Part shown: positions 1 to 8,322 of the stretch, piece after piece
Layout: every line of letters starts with the position of its first letter
Numbering within the stretch: position 1 is the stretch's first letter
Source: an uncultured virus (IMG/VR IMGVR_UViG_3300043468_000476)
Lineage: Duplodnaviria; Heunggongvirae; Uroviricota; Caudoviricetes
Strand: one strand, 5' to 3'
Virus record (IMG/VR): IMGVR_UViG_3300043468_000476
Length of the DNA: 64,000 nucleotides
The notes under the pieces: generated by a model
What the model saw: only the letters and a program-made list of their open reading frames with translations
Databases searched by the model: none
Told to the model about the DNA's origin: nothing
Position numbers and translations under genes: made by a program

Positions 1-336
1 TGGATTATATTGGTATTTGAATTTGTTTAAATCGGAATTGTTTTTAACAGAAACTTTACCAATAGTATTGAGTTTTCTTGATCCGTCATAAACCATTTTG
101 CCCATTTCAAATGAGATCATTGGTAAAGGAGCAACGGCGCTGCCAACATCCAAACCAGGATCCTGCATGACACGTGCTAACATTTTATCTTTAGGAGCAT
201 ATGTAATTGGAATTTGAAGTAAAGATACAACTTCTCCTGTCTTATTCGTTCTTGTGATACGGATCTGATTGAGCAGGGTCCCCATCAAAATAACGTATTT
301 ACGAATAAGACCAAAATAAAACGGTGAACCAAACAT
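1..336 (-). CDS. gp15: Tail terminator / tail sheath stabiliser gp15, 5' part only (runs off the window)
   Basis: Hand translation MFGSPFYFGLIRKYVILMGTLLNQI...IPITYAPKDKMLAR...LPMISFEM...YDGSRKLNT...QYNP; ATG overlaps the gp14 stop (TAATG); T4 order 13-14-15. Confidence 0.9.
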   Translation of the reverse strand, partial: MFGSPFYFGLIRKYVILMGTLLNQIRITRTNKTGEVVSLLQIPITYAPKDKMLARVMQDPGLDVGSAVAPLPMISFEMGKMVYDGSRKLNTIGKVSVKNNSDLNKFKYQYNP

Positions 337-1058
337 TAAATGTTACCTTCGCTAAATGGATCTACAGAACTGAAGTCAACAAATAAATCAGATTCTTCTT
401 GGATTGCTAAATTATCAGAAACTGTGATTAGTTGATTGATTGGATAATTTTCCAAAACAAGATAAGAACCATCTTCCGTTAACAACATGTCATTATCTTC
501 TGTCAACACAGTCCAATCAAGAATATTAGTATCAAATCTTTTCTGCATATCATCAATTTGCGGAATGCCAGTAGAGAAATTCTCGCCAGAATATTCAAAT
601 ACTTCGCAAGTCATTTCCCATGTCTGAAGCGAACCTAATTGATAAAACATTTCATATTTGTTAACGTATTTAATCTGGAATGCTCTTTGGTTCAATGGGA
701 ACCAAATAATATCGCCTTCGTTTGGTCTTACTTGTGCAGTAAATTCCCCAATTTCTTCATTAAATATTCTTCTGGCCATAGAAAACACAACTTGATTGCG
801 AATTTCTACACCAAATTTAGATAAAAATTCTTGATCGCCACCAAATCCATCAATAGATTTAATATACATTTCTACAGGATAGGCCATCTCAAACGAAGAT
901 TGATCGTCTGCGCCATACACCTCATCGTAATTGTTAAGTTTACGAGGGAGATAGTAAACATCGTGGCCATAGATTTTAATAGATTCAATAACTAGGTTCT
1001 CTAGAAGCAATTGCTCCTGAGATGCTTGGAAGTTATTGAAAAAGAAATTGGTGGCCAT
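336..1058 (-). CDS. gp14: Neck protein gp14
   Basis: EQLLLENLVIESIKIYGHDVYYLPR, FLSKFG, RPNEGDIIWFPL, FYQLG, DPF C-terminus; synteny. Confidence 0.92.
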   Translation of the reverse strand: MATNFFFNNFQASQEQLLLENLVIESIKIYGHDVYYLPRKLNNYDEVYGADDQSSFEMAYPVEMYIKSIDGFGGDQEFLSKFGVEIRNQVVFSMARRIFNEEIGEFTAQVRPNEGDIIWFPLNQRAFQIKYVNKYEMFYQLGSLQTWEMTCEVFEYSGENFSTGIPQIDDMQKRFDTNILDWTVLTEDNDMLLTEDGSYLVLENYPINQLITVSDNLAIQEESDLFVDFSSVDPFSEGNI

Positions 1059-1060
1059 AA

Positions 1061-1798
1061 TTATCCAATCATATCAGTTGCTGGCAAGCTGTATGTGTAA
1101 ATCATTTCCTTCTCAAGTTCTTCTCTTTCTTGAGTGGCTTCATCATAAATTTGCTGACCGTTGAATTCTATGCCGCCTGGAAGTTTCATACCACGAAACT
1201 TCTTCATATTCTGACCCCATTGCTGTTTTATTAGGCAAGAAGCATAACGCTGTAACCAGCGGTCGCCCCATGCATCTGTATATACGTCGGGATCGACGAC
1301 TTGATATGCTTCTACAACAAGATATTGACCTTCAACAACTTGGTTCCAGTCCATATCAATGTAAAGTTTGTTCATATGGCGGTTGTAACGTAATGGTTTT
1401 TTACCAACCAGCATCTGTTCTAGAAACTGGACATGATTCATGGCCATATAATAAGGAACCATAGATACTGAAGTAAGAGTATAAAGGTCATTCAAAGCAA
1501 TCTGATAACGAATATTGAATAGATTGCCTAACCCCAATGCAGAACCAAGGTCAAAGATATTAACAACGCCAATAATATTGTCTGGCATTGTGACATACTT
1601 ATTGGCTATATCTTCAGCTGTGATTATTTTCTTGTAGTAGGTCTTTTCGGATCCATCAAAATGATAATCCCAATACCAACGAAGAGCTTCGTCTACACGA
1701 TCTGAAACCTGATCATCATCAACATTAATCTCGATTACTGGTTTGCCCAATTTTCTAAGACAATATTCGGCAAACTCTGTTCTTGTTGTTGGTACCAT
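1061..1798 (-). CDS. gp13: Neck protein gp13
   Basis: YCLRKLGKPVIEINVDDDQ, YHFDG, KQQWGQNMKKF, LPGGIEFNG, C-terminal MIG. Confidence 0.93.
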   Translation of the reverse strand: MVPTTRTEFAEYCLRKLGKPVIEINVDDDQVSDRVDEALRWYWDYHFDGSEKTYYKKIITAEDIANKYVTMPDNIIGVVNIFDLGSALGLGNLFNIRYQIALNDLYTLTSVSMVPYYMAMNHVQFLEQMLVGKKPLRYNRHMNKLYIDMDWNQVVEGQYLVVEAYQVVDPDVYTDAWGDRWLQRYASCLIKQQWGQNMKKFRGMKLPGGIEFNGQQIYDEATQEREELEKEMIYTYSLPATDMIG

Positions 1799-1833
1799 TA
1801 GATTCCTACCTTTGATGAATTTATAATATTTAT

Positions 1834-2544
1834 TTATCCCTTTGTCGGGTTATTAAAATCCACCTCTTTATTGGTTCTTCCAGTATAAAAAAGGATATTA
1901 TCTAATTCTATAACTGCATCCTTGGTATGATACCAATCATCGTATATACAAATATCTCCTCTTACAACCAATTCTCCATTATTTATTTGATATTCACAGT
2001 ATTTATTAGAACCCATTACCGTGGCTCCCTTGGGGCACATATTCTTTACTCTTTGGACTTCCTCCATGGTTTCAAATATATGATTTATTGCTATTGGCCC
2101 AATTTCGCTCATGCCCCAATTTACTATAAATTTACAACCCCTTGGAACAAATGCTTCAATAATATCCCAGGTTACTGGTTCAGCGCCACAAGTAATTGTC
2201 ACGCCTTTGAGATCTAGCTCCCAGAACCTCTTGGTCATCATAATAGCTTTGGCGTGTAATGGGGTTATGTGAGAATGGGTAAAATTGTTTATCTTTTTAA
2301 CCCATTCGTATGCATTAAATTGATCTGTGTAAACATAAGCGCCAACTTCCAGCGCTGGCACCGTCTGACCGAACAATCCTCCAGCATGAGACAACTTCAT
2401 AACAGTGTATATTTTACTGTTCTGCGTTATACCTTGAACTTCTCTGGCAACTTTATTGGCCGCAAATATTTTACCAGTTGGTTGATAATAGCTCTTGGGA
2501 GGACCAGATGAACCTGAGCTTTTAATTATTATTCCATCAGTCAT
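1834..2544 (-). CDS. Minimal adenylate-forming (ANL / AMP-binding superfamily) enzyme
   Basis: SSGSSGPPK (P-loop A3), LSHAGG (A4), WGMSE (A5), GELVVRG (A6), WYHTKD (A7), YTGR (A8); likely ATG at 2544 overlapping the upstream stop. Confidence 0.75.
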   Translation of the reverse strand: MTDGIIIKSSGSSGPPKSYYQPTGKIFAANKVAREVQGITQNSKIYTVMKLSHAGGLFGQTVPALEVGAYVYTDQFNAYEWVKKINNFTHSHITPLHAKAIMMTKRFWELDLKGVTITCGAEPVTWDIIEAFVPRGCKFIVNWGMSEIGPIAINHIFETMEEVQRVKNMCPKGATVMGSNKYCEYQINNGELVVRGDICIYDDWYHTKDAVIELDNILFYTGRTNKEVDFNNPTKG

Positions 2545-2749
2545 TATCGTGGACAAAATATTTTTCAGTTTCATTTACCACCTTTTTGGCCAATCTATAT
2601 GGAGTAAAAGCGAATATAAATGGAAAGAATGCATGTATGGTGCCTGTTATAACGGCGAATAAAAGCATAAGGTTAAACTTCATTGCAAGATAACAGTGAG
2701 TAAAATAATCAGATTTAATTTTCTTTATGTGGTTCCAATCAAAGTCCAT
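2537..2749 (-). CDS. Small membrane protein, DUF6356-like
   Basis: YFTH...A...hydrophobic helix...HAFFPFIF pattern; overlaps both neighbours. Confidence 0.55.
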   Translation of the reverse strand: MDFDWNHIKKIKSDYFTHCYLAMKFNLMLLFAVITGTIHAFFPFIFAFTPYRLAKKVVNETEKYFVHDND

Positions 2750-3449
2750 AAATCTTCTCCAAATGCGCATACACAGTATCAGCTATAACCTGATTCTGTT
2801 CTGGACCACCATAACTAAGATCTTGTTCTGTAATACCTGTTATATTTTTGGTAATATTATTCATGGTAGTCCCTCTGATTATATATTGAGGGACATCTCT
2901 ATAGTCATTTATATCACAATGCTGCATCCAGCCATCAAATATAATGAACTTACATTCAGACTTCTGTAGAACATACAGGCTACTAGACATCATAACCTTA
3001 AACATCTGTAAAAACCATTCTTCGTTCCAGAATGTATTAAAAGTATGATACATATATTTTTTAGTGAACTCATCAGTCGTATGAGGAATAATAGTCCTAC
3101 AAAGATTTTTAGTTCTTACACCAAAATCCTCTTGAGTGCCATCTAAGATTTTATATTTCTCATCTTCATGCATTGTAGAATTATATTGGTAATTTGGATT
3201 AACTCCGACTTCTGTTCTACCAAACGAAGACCATTGAATTACTACAACATCGTCTTTGGTTAGCGGCAAAGACTGGAGTATTCTCGCAGCACGCCAGTTA
3301 CTAGCTCCTGGAAAAGAAAAATCGGTCAAAGGAACGTCTAACATCTTAGATAACTTACCTGGCCATGCCAGAGCTTTACGATCTTCTTCGGAATAAACTT
3401 TATACAAGTTCCAACCAAAAGACATACTATCGCCAAATGTATATAACAT
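2739..3449 (-). CDS. SGNH/GDSL-fold protein, catalytic His apparently replaced
   Basis: FGDSMSFG block I, PGASN block II, VVIQWS; DLSYG where DxxH is expected. Confidence 0.65.
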   Translation of the reverse strand: MLYTFGDSMSFGWNLYKVYSEEDRKALAWPGKLSKMLDVPLTDFSFPGASNWRAARILQSLPLTKDDVVVIQWSSFGRTEVGVNPNYQYNSTMHEDEKYKILDGTQEDFGVRTKNLCRTIIPHTTDEFTKKYMYHTFNTFWNEEWFLQMFKVMMSSSLYVLQKSECKFIIFDGWMQHCDINDYRDVPQYIIRGTTMNNITKNITGITEQDLSYGGPEQNQVIADTVYAHLEKIYGL

Positions 3450-3450
3450 A

Positions 3451-4239
3451 TTACTCACCAAATCCAAAAGGGCATTTTTTGTTTTCTCTTCTGTCGTTTC
3501 TTTTCACCAAAGAAACGTTCTTTCTCCATCCAAAAGATCTTCCAATCACACTATAAGTTTTAGTGGTAAGTTCTGCCTCGGTAACAATGTGATTGTGGAT
3601 TTTTATATTCTTATCCGATAAAGGAATGAATTGGACCAATGGCTGACCCATATGAATTGCGAATTGATCTTGTTTAAATTTATGTATGGCCAAAAAAACA
3701 TTGCTTCCTGTTTGATGATGAAAATTTACCATCCCAGGTAGGATATGAAAATTGTATTTTTCTAACGACCATTGAGCAGGAACAACTATAAACTGAACAT
3801 CTTCTTTAGACTGGATTATCCAAGGACTATTCAATTTCAGAATATGATGGTCTTTGAAACCTGGATCTACCTGATGATAACCATGCAGTATAGGAGCTTT
3901 ACCGTTAGAAAAATTATAAGAAATATCACCAGTTCCATTTACATTTACAACAAAATCGCACCAGTTTTCCAACATAAACCCTCTTTTATAGAGTTCATGG
4001 AAACCAGGACAAGCTCTTACTGTTCTTATGGAAATGTTCCAATCAAAATAAATATTACCATCTTCGTTCAATTTGAACTGAGGCCATTTTGTGTTGGTCG
4101 GCTGGGGTTTTAATACGCCGTCATACCATTCTGGTTTTGCTTGATTGGAATAGACTATTGGGGCGAATTTATAAGCGTCATTGCTGGATGTAAAACAATC
4201 TAAATGGATTACAGATGATCTGTGAAAAAACGAGAACAT
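3451..4239 (-). CDS. Hypothetical protein; paralog of 52581..53342
   Basis: 262-aa ORF with GGAG RBS; shared MFSFFHRSSV N-terminus and KKCPF C-terminus. Confidence 0.75.
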   Translation of the reverse strand: MFSFFHRSSVIHLDCFTSSNDAYKFAPIVYSNQAKPEWYDGVLKPQPTNTKWPQFKLNEDGNIYFDWNISIRTVRACPGFHELYKRGFMLENWCDFVVNVNGTGDISYNFSNGKAPILHGYHQVDPGFKDHHILKLNSPWIIQSKEDVQFIVVPAQWSLEKYNFHILPGMVNFHHQTGSNVFLAIHKFKQDQFAIHMGQPLVQFIPLSDKNIKIHNHIVTEAELTTKTYSVIGRSFGWRKNVSLVKRNDRRENKKCPFGFGE

Positions 4240-4264
4240 AACAAATCTCCTATCAGGTTTTACA

Positions 4265-4292
4265 TATTTATATAAATATATTTATATAAATA
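4265..4292. promoter_or_regulatory. Tandem palindromic T4-type late promoters (TATAAATA twice on each strand)
   Basis: (TATTTATATAAATA)x2 between divergent ORFs; gp33 is in the window. Confidence 0.75.
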
Positions 4293-4342
4293 CGTTCATA
4301 CAAATATTTTTGAATTTTAGTTCAACCGTTAAAGAGGAAATA

Positions 4343-4576
4343 ATGGCAAAGATTTACACTTTTGATCTTCCAGATTATGATGATTACAATGTGGTAAGCG
4401 AACTTCTTCCAGACGGAAGAAATATAGCACACCAGTATTATTACAAAAACGGCGTGCTAATTTCTCAAGCAGATATTTACTATGATATGAAAGACGGCGA
4501 ACCCTTTAAGTGGCCGCATCTAATGGTATTCAAAGACATTTCTGGCGAAGTTGTAGTTACAGAATCTACTGAATGA
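4343..4576 (+). CDS. Hypothetical acidic protein
   Basis: ATG at 4343 after GAGGA RBS; fills the gap on the opposite strand; stop abuts the stop of 4577..5260. Confidence 0.65.
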   Translation: MAKIYTFDLPDYDDYNVVSELLPDGRNIAHQYYYKNGVLISQADIYYDMKDGEPFKWPHLMVFKDISGEVVVTESTE

Positions 4577-5260
4577 TTACGTCCAAGAAATAACAACACT
4601 ACCAGAAGCACCCGGAGAAGCAGCGCCAGCACGTTCGCCACCCCCGCCACCAGCGCCTCCGCCACCGATAGTTGCAGCTATAACTGCTCCATAAGCTGGA
4701 GCTCCAGCATCAGCCCAGTTCCATGTCTTAACGACCATACCACCAGCGCCGCCGCTATTACACCCTGTGCCGCCAGCACCACCGCCTCCAGTAGTAACAG
4801 TTCCTCCTACGCCACCACTAGCAGCGCCGGATGGAGGGCAATAGTCATTACTTCCTGCTGAAGTACCACCACCGCCATATGCAGTAACAGCAGTTCCAGA
4901 AGCAAAATTACTGTTACCGCCAGCTGCTCCAGCACCGCCACAGTAACCATGAGCAAATCCATCATTACCGCAATAACCTGTAGCACCACCACCGCCAGCT
5001 TTAACTGTGACTGTCAATGTTTCATATCTAGGAACAGTAAAGTTGGTAGTACCAACCGCTGTAATAGACTGAGAACCAGGTGTGACCCATCTTTTACTAT
5101 ATGCATCTGACATATAAATGATGCTTGCATTAGTTGGGCGACCCAACAAAGTACGAACATTAGTGTCGTTCATCGTTGTGGTAGCGGTAGAAGCTCTCAA
5201 AATTTCTACAGAAATGTTACCGATAGAGATAACACCAGAAGCGGGTAATCCAGCTGTCAT
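4577..5260 (-). CDS. Glycine-rich tail-fibre tip adhesin (gp38-like role)
   Basis: N-terminal PASGVISIGNI motif, several GGGG runs, GSVVISW end; downstream of an S74 fibre. Confidence 0.65.
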   Translation of the reverse strand: MTAGLPASGVISIGNISVEILRASTATTTMNDTNVRTLLGRPTNASIIYMSDAYSKRWVTPGSQSITAVGTTNFTVPRYETLTVTVKAGGGGATGYCGNDGFAHGYCGGAGAAGGNSNFASGTAVTAYGGGGTSAGSNDYCPPSGAASGGVGGTVTTGGGGAGGTGCNSGGAGGMVVKTWNWADAGAPAYGAVIAATIGGGGAGGGGGERAGAASPGASGSVVISWT

Positions 5261-5333
5261 TATAGTCCCTTGTTATTTAAATAGATAAGAACCTGTTATT
5301 ATATATTTATCCTTTTTCTCACTTGTTATACCT

Positions 5334-5459
5334 CTATGGGTAAACGTCCAATCTGTTGGCCATATTCTCGCCAAATGATATTTTTCTTGAATTTCCACCA
5401 TTAACGACTGCAAGAATATCTGACATACTTATTTTATTACCAGGAGCAGGAGTAGCCAT
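5334..5459 (-). pseudogene. 41-aa truncated adhesin-like ORF (possible relic)
   Basis: MATPAPGNKISMSDILAVVNGG... resembles the N-terminus of 4577..5260; starts 2 nt after the fibre stop. Confidence 0.45.
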
Positions 5460-5461
5460 AT

Positions 5462-7384
5462 TTAATCTCCAATTTTATTATTTAATCTATCAATTTGTTT
5501 CTGTTGTTCTTTGATTGCTTCGATCAACAATGGAACAATCTTTTCGTATTGAACAGTCTTATAATTTTGTCCAGACTTAGAAACAATAACACCATCAACT
5601 CTATCAACATCAAATGGAGCAGGTTTAACAACCTGAGGCAACACTGCCTCAATTTCTTGAGCAATAACACCAACTTGTTCTTCTTTGTCTGTATATCCGA
5701 AAGAAGCTGCCAATTCATTGCTTCTGAAAGTAACGCCTGATATTTGTTTAATCTTATCAATAGCATTTTCAATTGGTTTAATGTCTGTCTTAAGTCTTTG
5801 GTCAGAAAAATAAGCGGTAATATTCTGAGTAGCTACAATATGACCTGCGCCATAAGGATTAGAACTTGTACCAACAGACAACCCGGCAGTAGTATAACAG
5901 AAAGTGCTACCTGCAATATATCCAGCATAGTTAGCATAAGCAACGGATCCAGCAGAAGTGACGTACCCCGAGTCATTAGTAAATGCTGATACTGTTGTTG
6001 GTCTTCCTGAAACGTTGCCCCAAGCAACAGAACCAGCAGAAGAAGCATAATTCGCATTACCTGTGATATTAATACCCCAAGTACCATAAGCATAAGAACC
6101 ATCTCTTGCAGGAACATAAGAACTATAGTTACCACTATCAAAAATAACAAAACTACCGCTACGCGACCAACCACCAGTGCGTAGCTGATTATCAGTTCCA
6201 AGACCAAGATTGATAGCATAAGAACCAACGCGATGAAAAGAAATCATCGCAGCACCAGAACCTTGACTTTGAATCTGTGGTCCGCCTTGTGCGCCATAAT
6301 CAATATTAACACCAGAAACTGCGTAACCTAACAATGGCTGAGTTGTGTCAATACCATTTGCCCAGGTTGCTCTAGTAGCGTTTGAGGCATTAGTGGCAGA
6401 ACCAGCAGAACCAGCAGAATCTGCATATCCAGAATAACCTACATAACATGGAGCATGATATGTGTCTCCATTGTAACCTCTTAATGACCAATAACCAGAA
6501 CGATCAGCGCCCCAAGTAGTCTGAATATTGTAGTCTGAATCGTTATCGTTTCTGAATAGTTTATAAACACCATTTCTGTTTGTAGAAGTTCTGGCTACTG
6601 CATAACTGTTATAATTACCAGCATTAAGAGCACGCTGCCCATTAATGTTTAATTCTGCTCCATTCAAATTATAAGTTGTATTATCCCAATAAAGGTATCT
6701 ACTTCCAGAGCTGTTTAAAAACAATACGCCAGTAGTTCCTCCTGACCTATAAGAATAAAGGTCTCCTCCAGCCACTGTCAAATTACTTGTTGATGTTAGG
6801 CCAGCAAAGGTTGGGGCTGCAGTTGTAAGAACACTCTGATTAAGAGGATACTGTGTTATGTTATATGAATTGATGTTCCAGTTACCAGAAGCGTTGCTCT
6901 GGACAGCTGAAGTCAATGAAGCTATTGAAGATTTACGATAATAACCATCGGAGCCGGTAGTAACAACAATCTGAGATATGGTTGGATTTTCGTTGTTTGG
7001 AGAAGCACTGTTGATATAACTAAAGAACGCATAACCGCTTGCATCTCTAGCTACAATTGTAGATGCAGCTTGAGCAGATGAAACAGCAAGACCACCTGCA
7101 GTAACAGCATTTCCTGTAATATTAATGCCCCAAGTGCCAGTAGCACCAGTTCCTGAGAATGTTGGAACATAGCTGTTATAGTTAGAGGCATGAAGTACCT
7201 GATTACCAGCTTGGGTAATGGCACCAGTAGCATTTAACGAACCCGAAACAGATAGTTTGTAACTTGGATTTGTATCACCAATACCAACGTTACCACCAAT
7301 TAAGACTGTAACAGCTGTTCCTAGTGATGTATTGTTTGCTCCGGTTACTAAACCGTTTTTTACTTTAAAGTCTACTGACGCCAT
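5462..7384 (-). CDS. Tail fibre with C-terminal peptidase S74 intramolecular chaperone
   Basis: FSDQRLKTDI...GVIAQEIEAVLP...VQYEKIVPLLIEAIKEQQ; G/S/N-rich shaft; N-terminal DFKVKNGL. Confidence 0.88.
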   Translation of the reverse strand: MASVDFKVKNGLVTGANNTSLGTAVTVLIGGNVGIGDTNPSYKLSVSGSLNATGAITQAGNQVLHASNYNSYVPTFSGTGATGTWGINITGNAVTAGGLAVSSAQAASTIVARDASGYAFFSYINSASPNNENPTISQIVVTTGSDGYYRKSSIASLTSAVQSNASGNWNINSYNITQYPLNQSVLTTAAPTFAGLTSTSNLTVAGGDLYSYRSGGTTGVLFLNSSGSRYLYWDNTTYNLNGAELNINGQRALNAGNYNSYAVARTSTNRNGVYKLFRNDNDSDYNIQTTWGADRSGYWSLRGYNGDTYHAPCYVGYSGYADSAGSAGSATNASNATRATWANGIDTTQPLLGYAVSGVNIDYGAQGGPQIQSQGSGAAMISFHRVGSYAINLGLGTDNQLRTGGWSRSGSFVIFDSGNYSSYVPARDGSYAYGTWGINITGNANYASSAGSVAWGNVSGRPTTVSAFTNDSGYVTSAGSVAYANYAGYIAGSTFCYTTAGLSVGTSSNPYGAGHIVATQNITAYFSDQRLKTDIKPIENAIDKIKQISGVTFRSNELAASFGYTDKEEQVGVIAQEIEAVLPQVVKPAPFDVDRVDGVIVSKSGQNYKTVQYEKIVPLLIEAIKEQQKQIDRLNNKIGD

Positions 7385-7423
7385 GGTTCCCTATCCCCTA
7401 TGGAGTTATTTTTGATATTTAGA

Positions 7424-7774
7424 TTATTTTTCTGGTTTAACCCATGGCAAAGGAGTATCAATTAACACATTATTCTGTTCATCAATTTGTTTCTGAATTG
7501 AAAGGTCTATTTGACTCTCATGAGAACCAACAACCTTTTTAACCCAATTAAGAACGTCTGATTCTTTTAGTTTATTATAAGCAACGAATTTCGATGGCTT
7601 GCCTTCAACAACAGGAATATTGTCAGCATGAACAATTCCTTCAAAATAGCCTTCGGCGCCAGTAGAAGAATCTTTACCGACCTTGCTCCAGTAAATTTCT
7701 GCAACAACATCTTCGTCTTTATCGTTCTTTTTGCACTTAATATTTTTTACAGCCCATTTATATGATACTGACAT
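7424..7774 (-). CDS. Tail-fibre-associated small protein (putative assembly chaperone), paralog 1
   Basis: YxW N-terminus, FVAYNKLKESDVLNWV, LPW end. Confidence 0.7.
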   Translation of the reverse strand: MSVSYKWAVKNIKCKKNDKDEDVVAEIYWSKVGKDSSTGAEGYFEGIVHADNIPVVEGKPSKFVAYNKLKESDVLNWVKKVVGSHESQIDLSIQKQIDEQNNVLIDTPLPWVKPEK

Positions 7775-7785
7775 TTAATGACTCC

Positions 7786-8115
7786 TTAATTCGACCATGG
7801 CAGTGGAGGCGTAACCACTTTAGGCTCTTTCATTTCTTCAATCGCAGCCTTCAGAGATGCCTGAAAATCTGCGATTTTCTTTTCGCCCATAGTAGTTTCG
7901 AGCCAACCAATGACTTGTTCTTTAGTTAGGTTCGCATATGGAACAAAACCTTTTAAGTTGTCTGTATCCAAATGCTGAGACCCATAAACATCAGCGTAAT
8001 ATTCGCCATCCCTAGCTGCATATCTCCAATACACAAGGGAAACGACTTGTTTCTTTTTGTTTTTTTCTGAGTGACATTCCATTTGAGAAACGACCCATTC
8101 GTAGACAATAGCCAT
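7786..8115 (-). CDS. Tail-fibre-associated small protein, paralog 2
   Basis: YEW, FVPYANLTKEQVIGW, LPW end. Confidence 0.7.
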   Translation of the reverse strand: MAIVYEWVVSQMECHSEKNKKKQVVSLVYWRYAARDGEYYADVYGSQHLDTDNLKGFVPYANLTKEQVIGWLETTMGEKKIADFQASLKAAIEEMKEPKVVTPPLPWSN

Positions 8116-8128
8116 TGGTTAACCTTTT

Positions 8129-8308
8129 TTAGTTTAACACTTTATCTGAAAGTGGACCTTCTGGTCTAGCTCCTCTTACCTGAGGATCTGCCTGCTTCTG
8201 GATTTCAGTGAAAGTCATGATAACTGCCTCAAGAGGCTGCTTAGAAAGAGCGTGTAGAATTACGTTAAGGTGATCTACAGTCAATTCAAGAGTTACATTC
8301 TTATCCAT
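8129..8308 (-). CDS. 59-aa helical protein (not in ORF track); homolog of 58957..59136
   Basis: Hand translation MDKNVTLELTVDHLNVILHALSKQPLEAVIMTFTEIQKQADPQ...; AGGAG RBS. Confidence 0.7.
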   Translation of the reverse strand: MDKNVTLELTVDHLNVILHALSKQPLEAVIMTFTEIQKQADPQVRGARPEGPLSDKVLN

Positions 8309-8322
8309 ATTATTTTCTCCTA

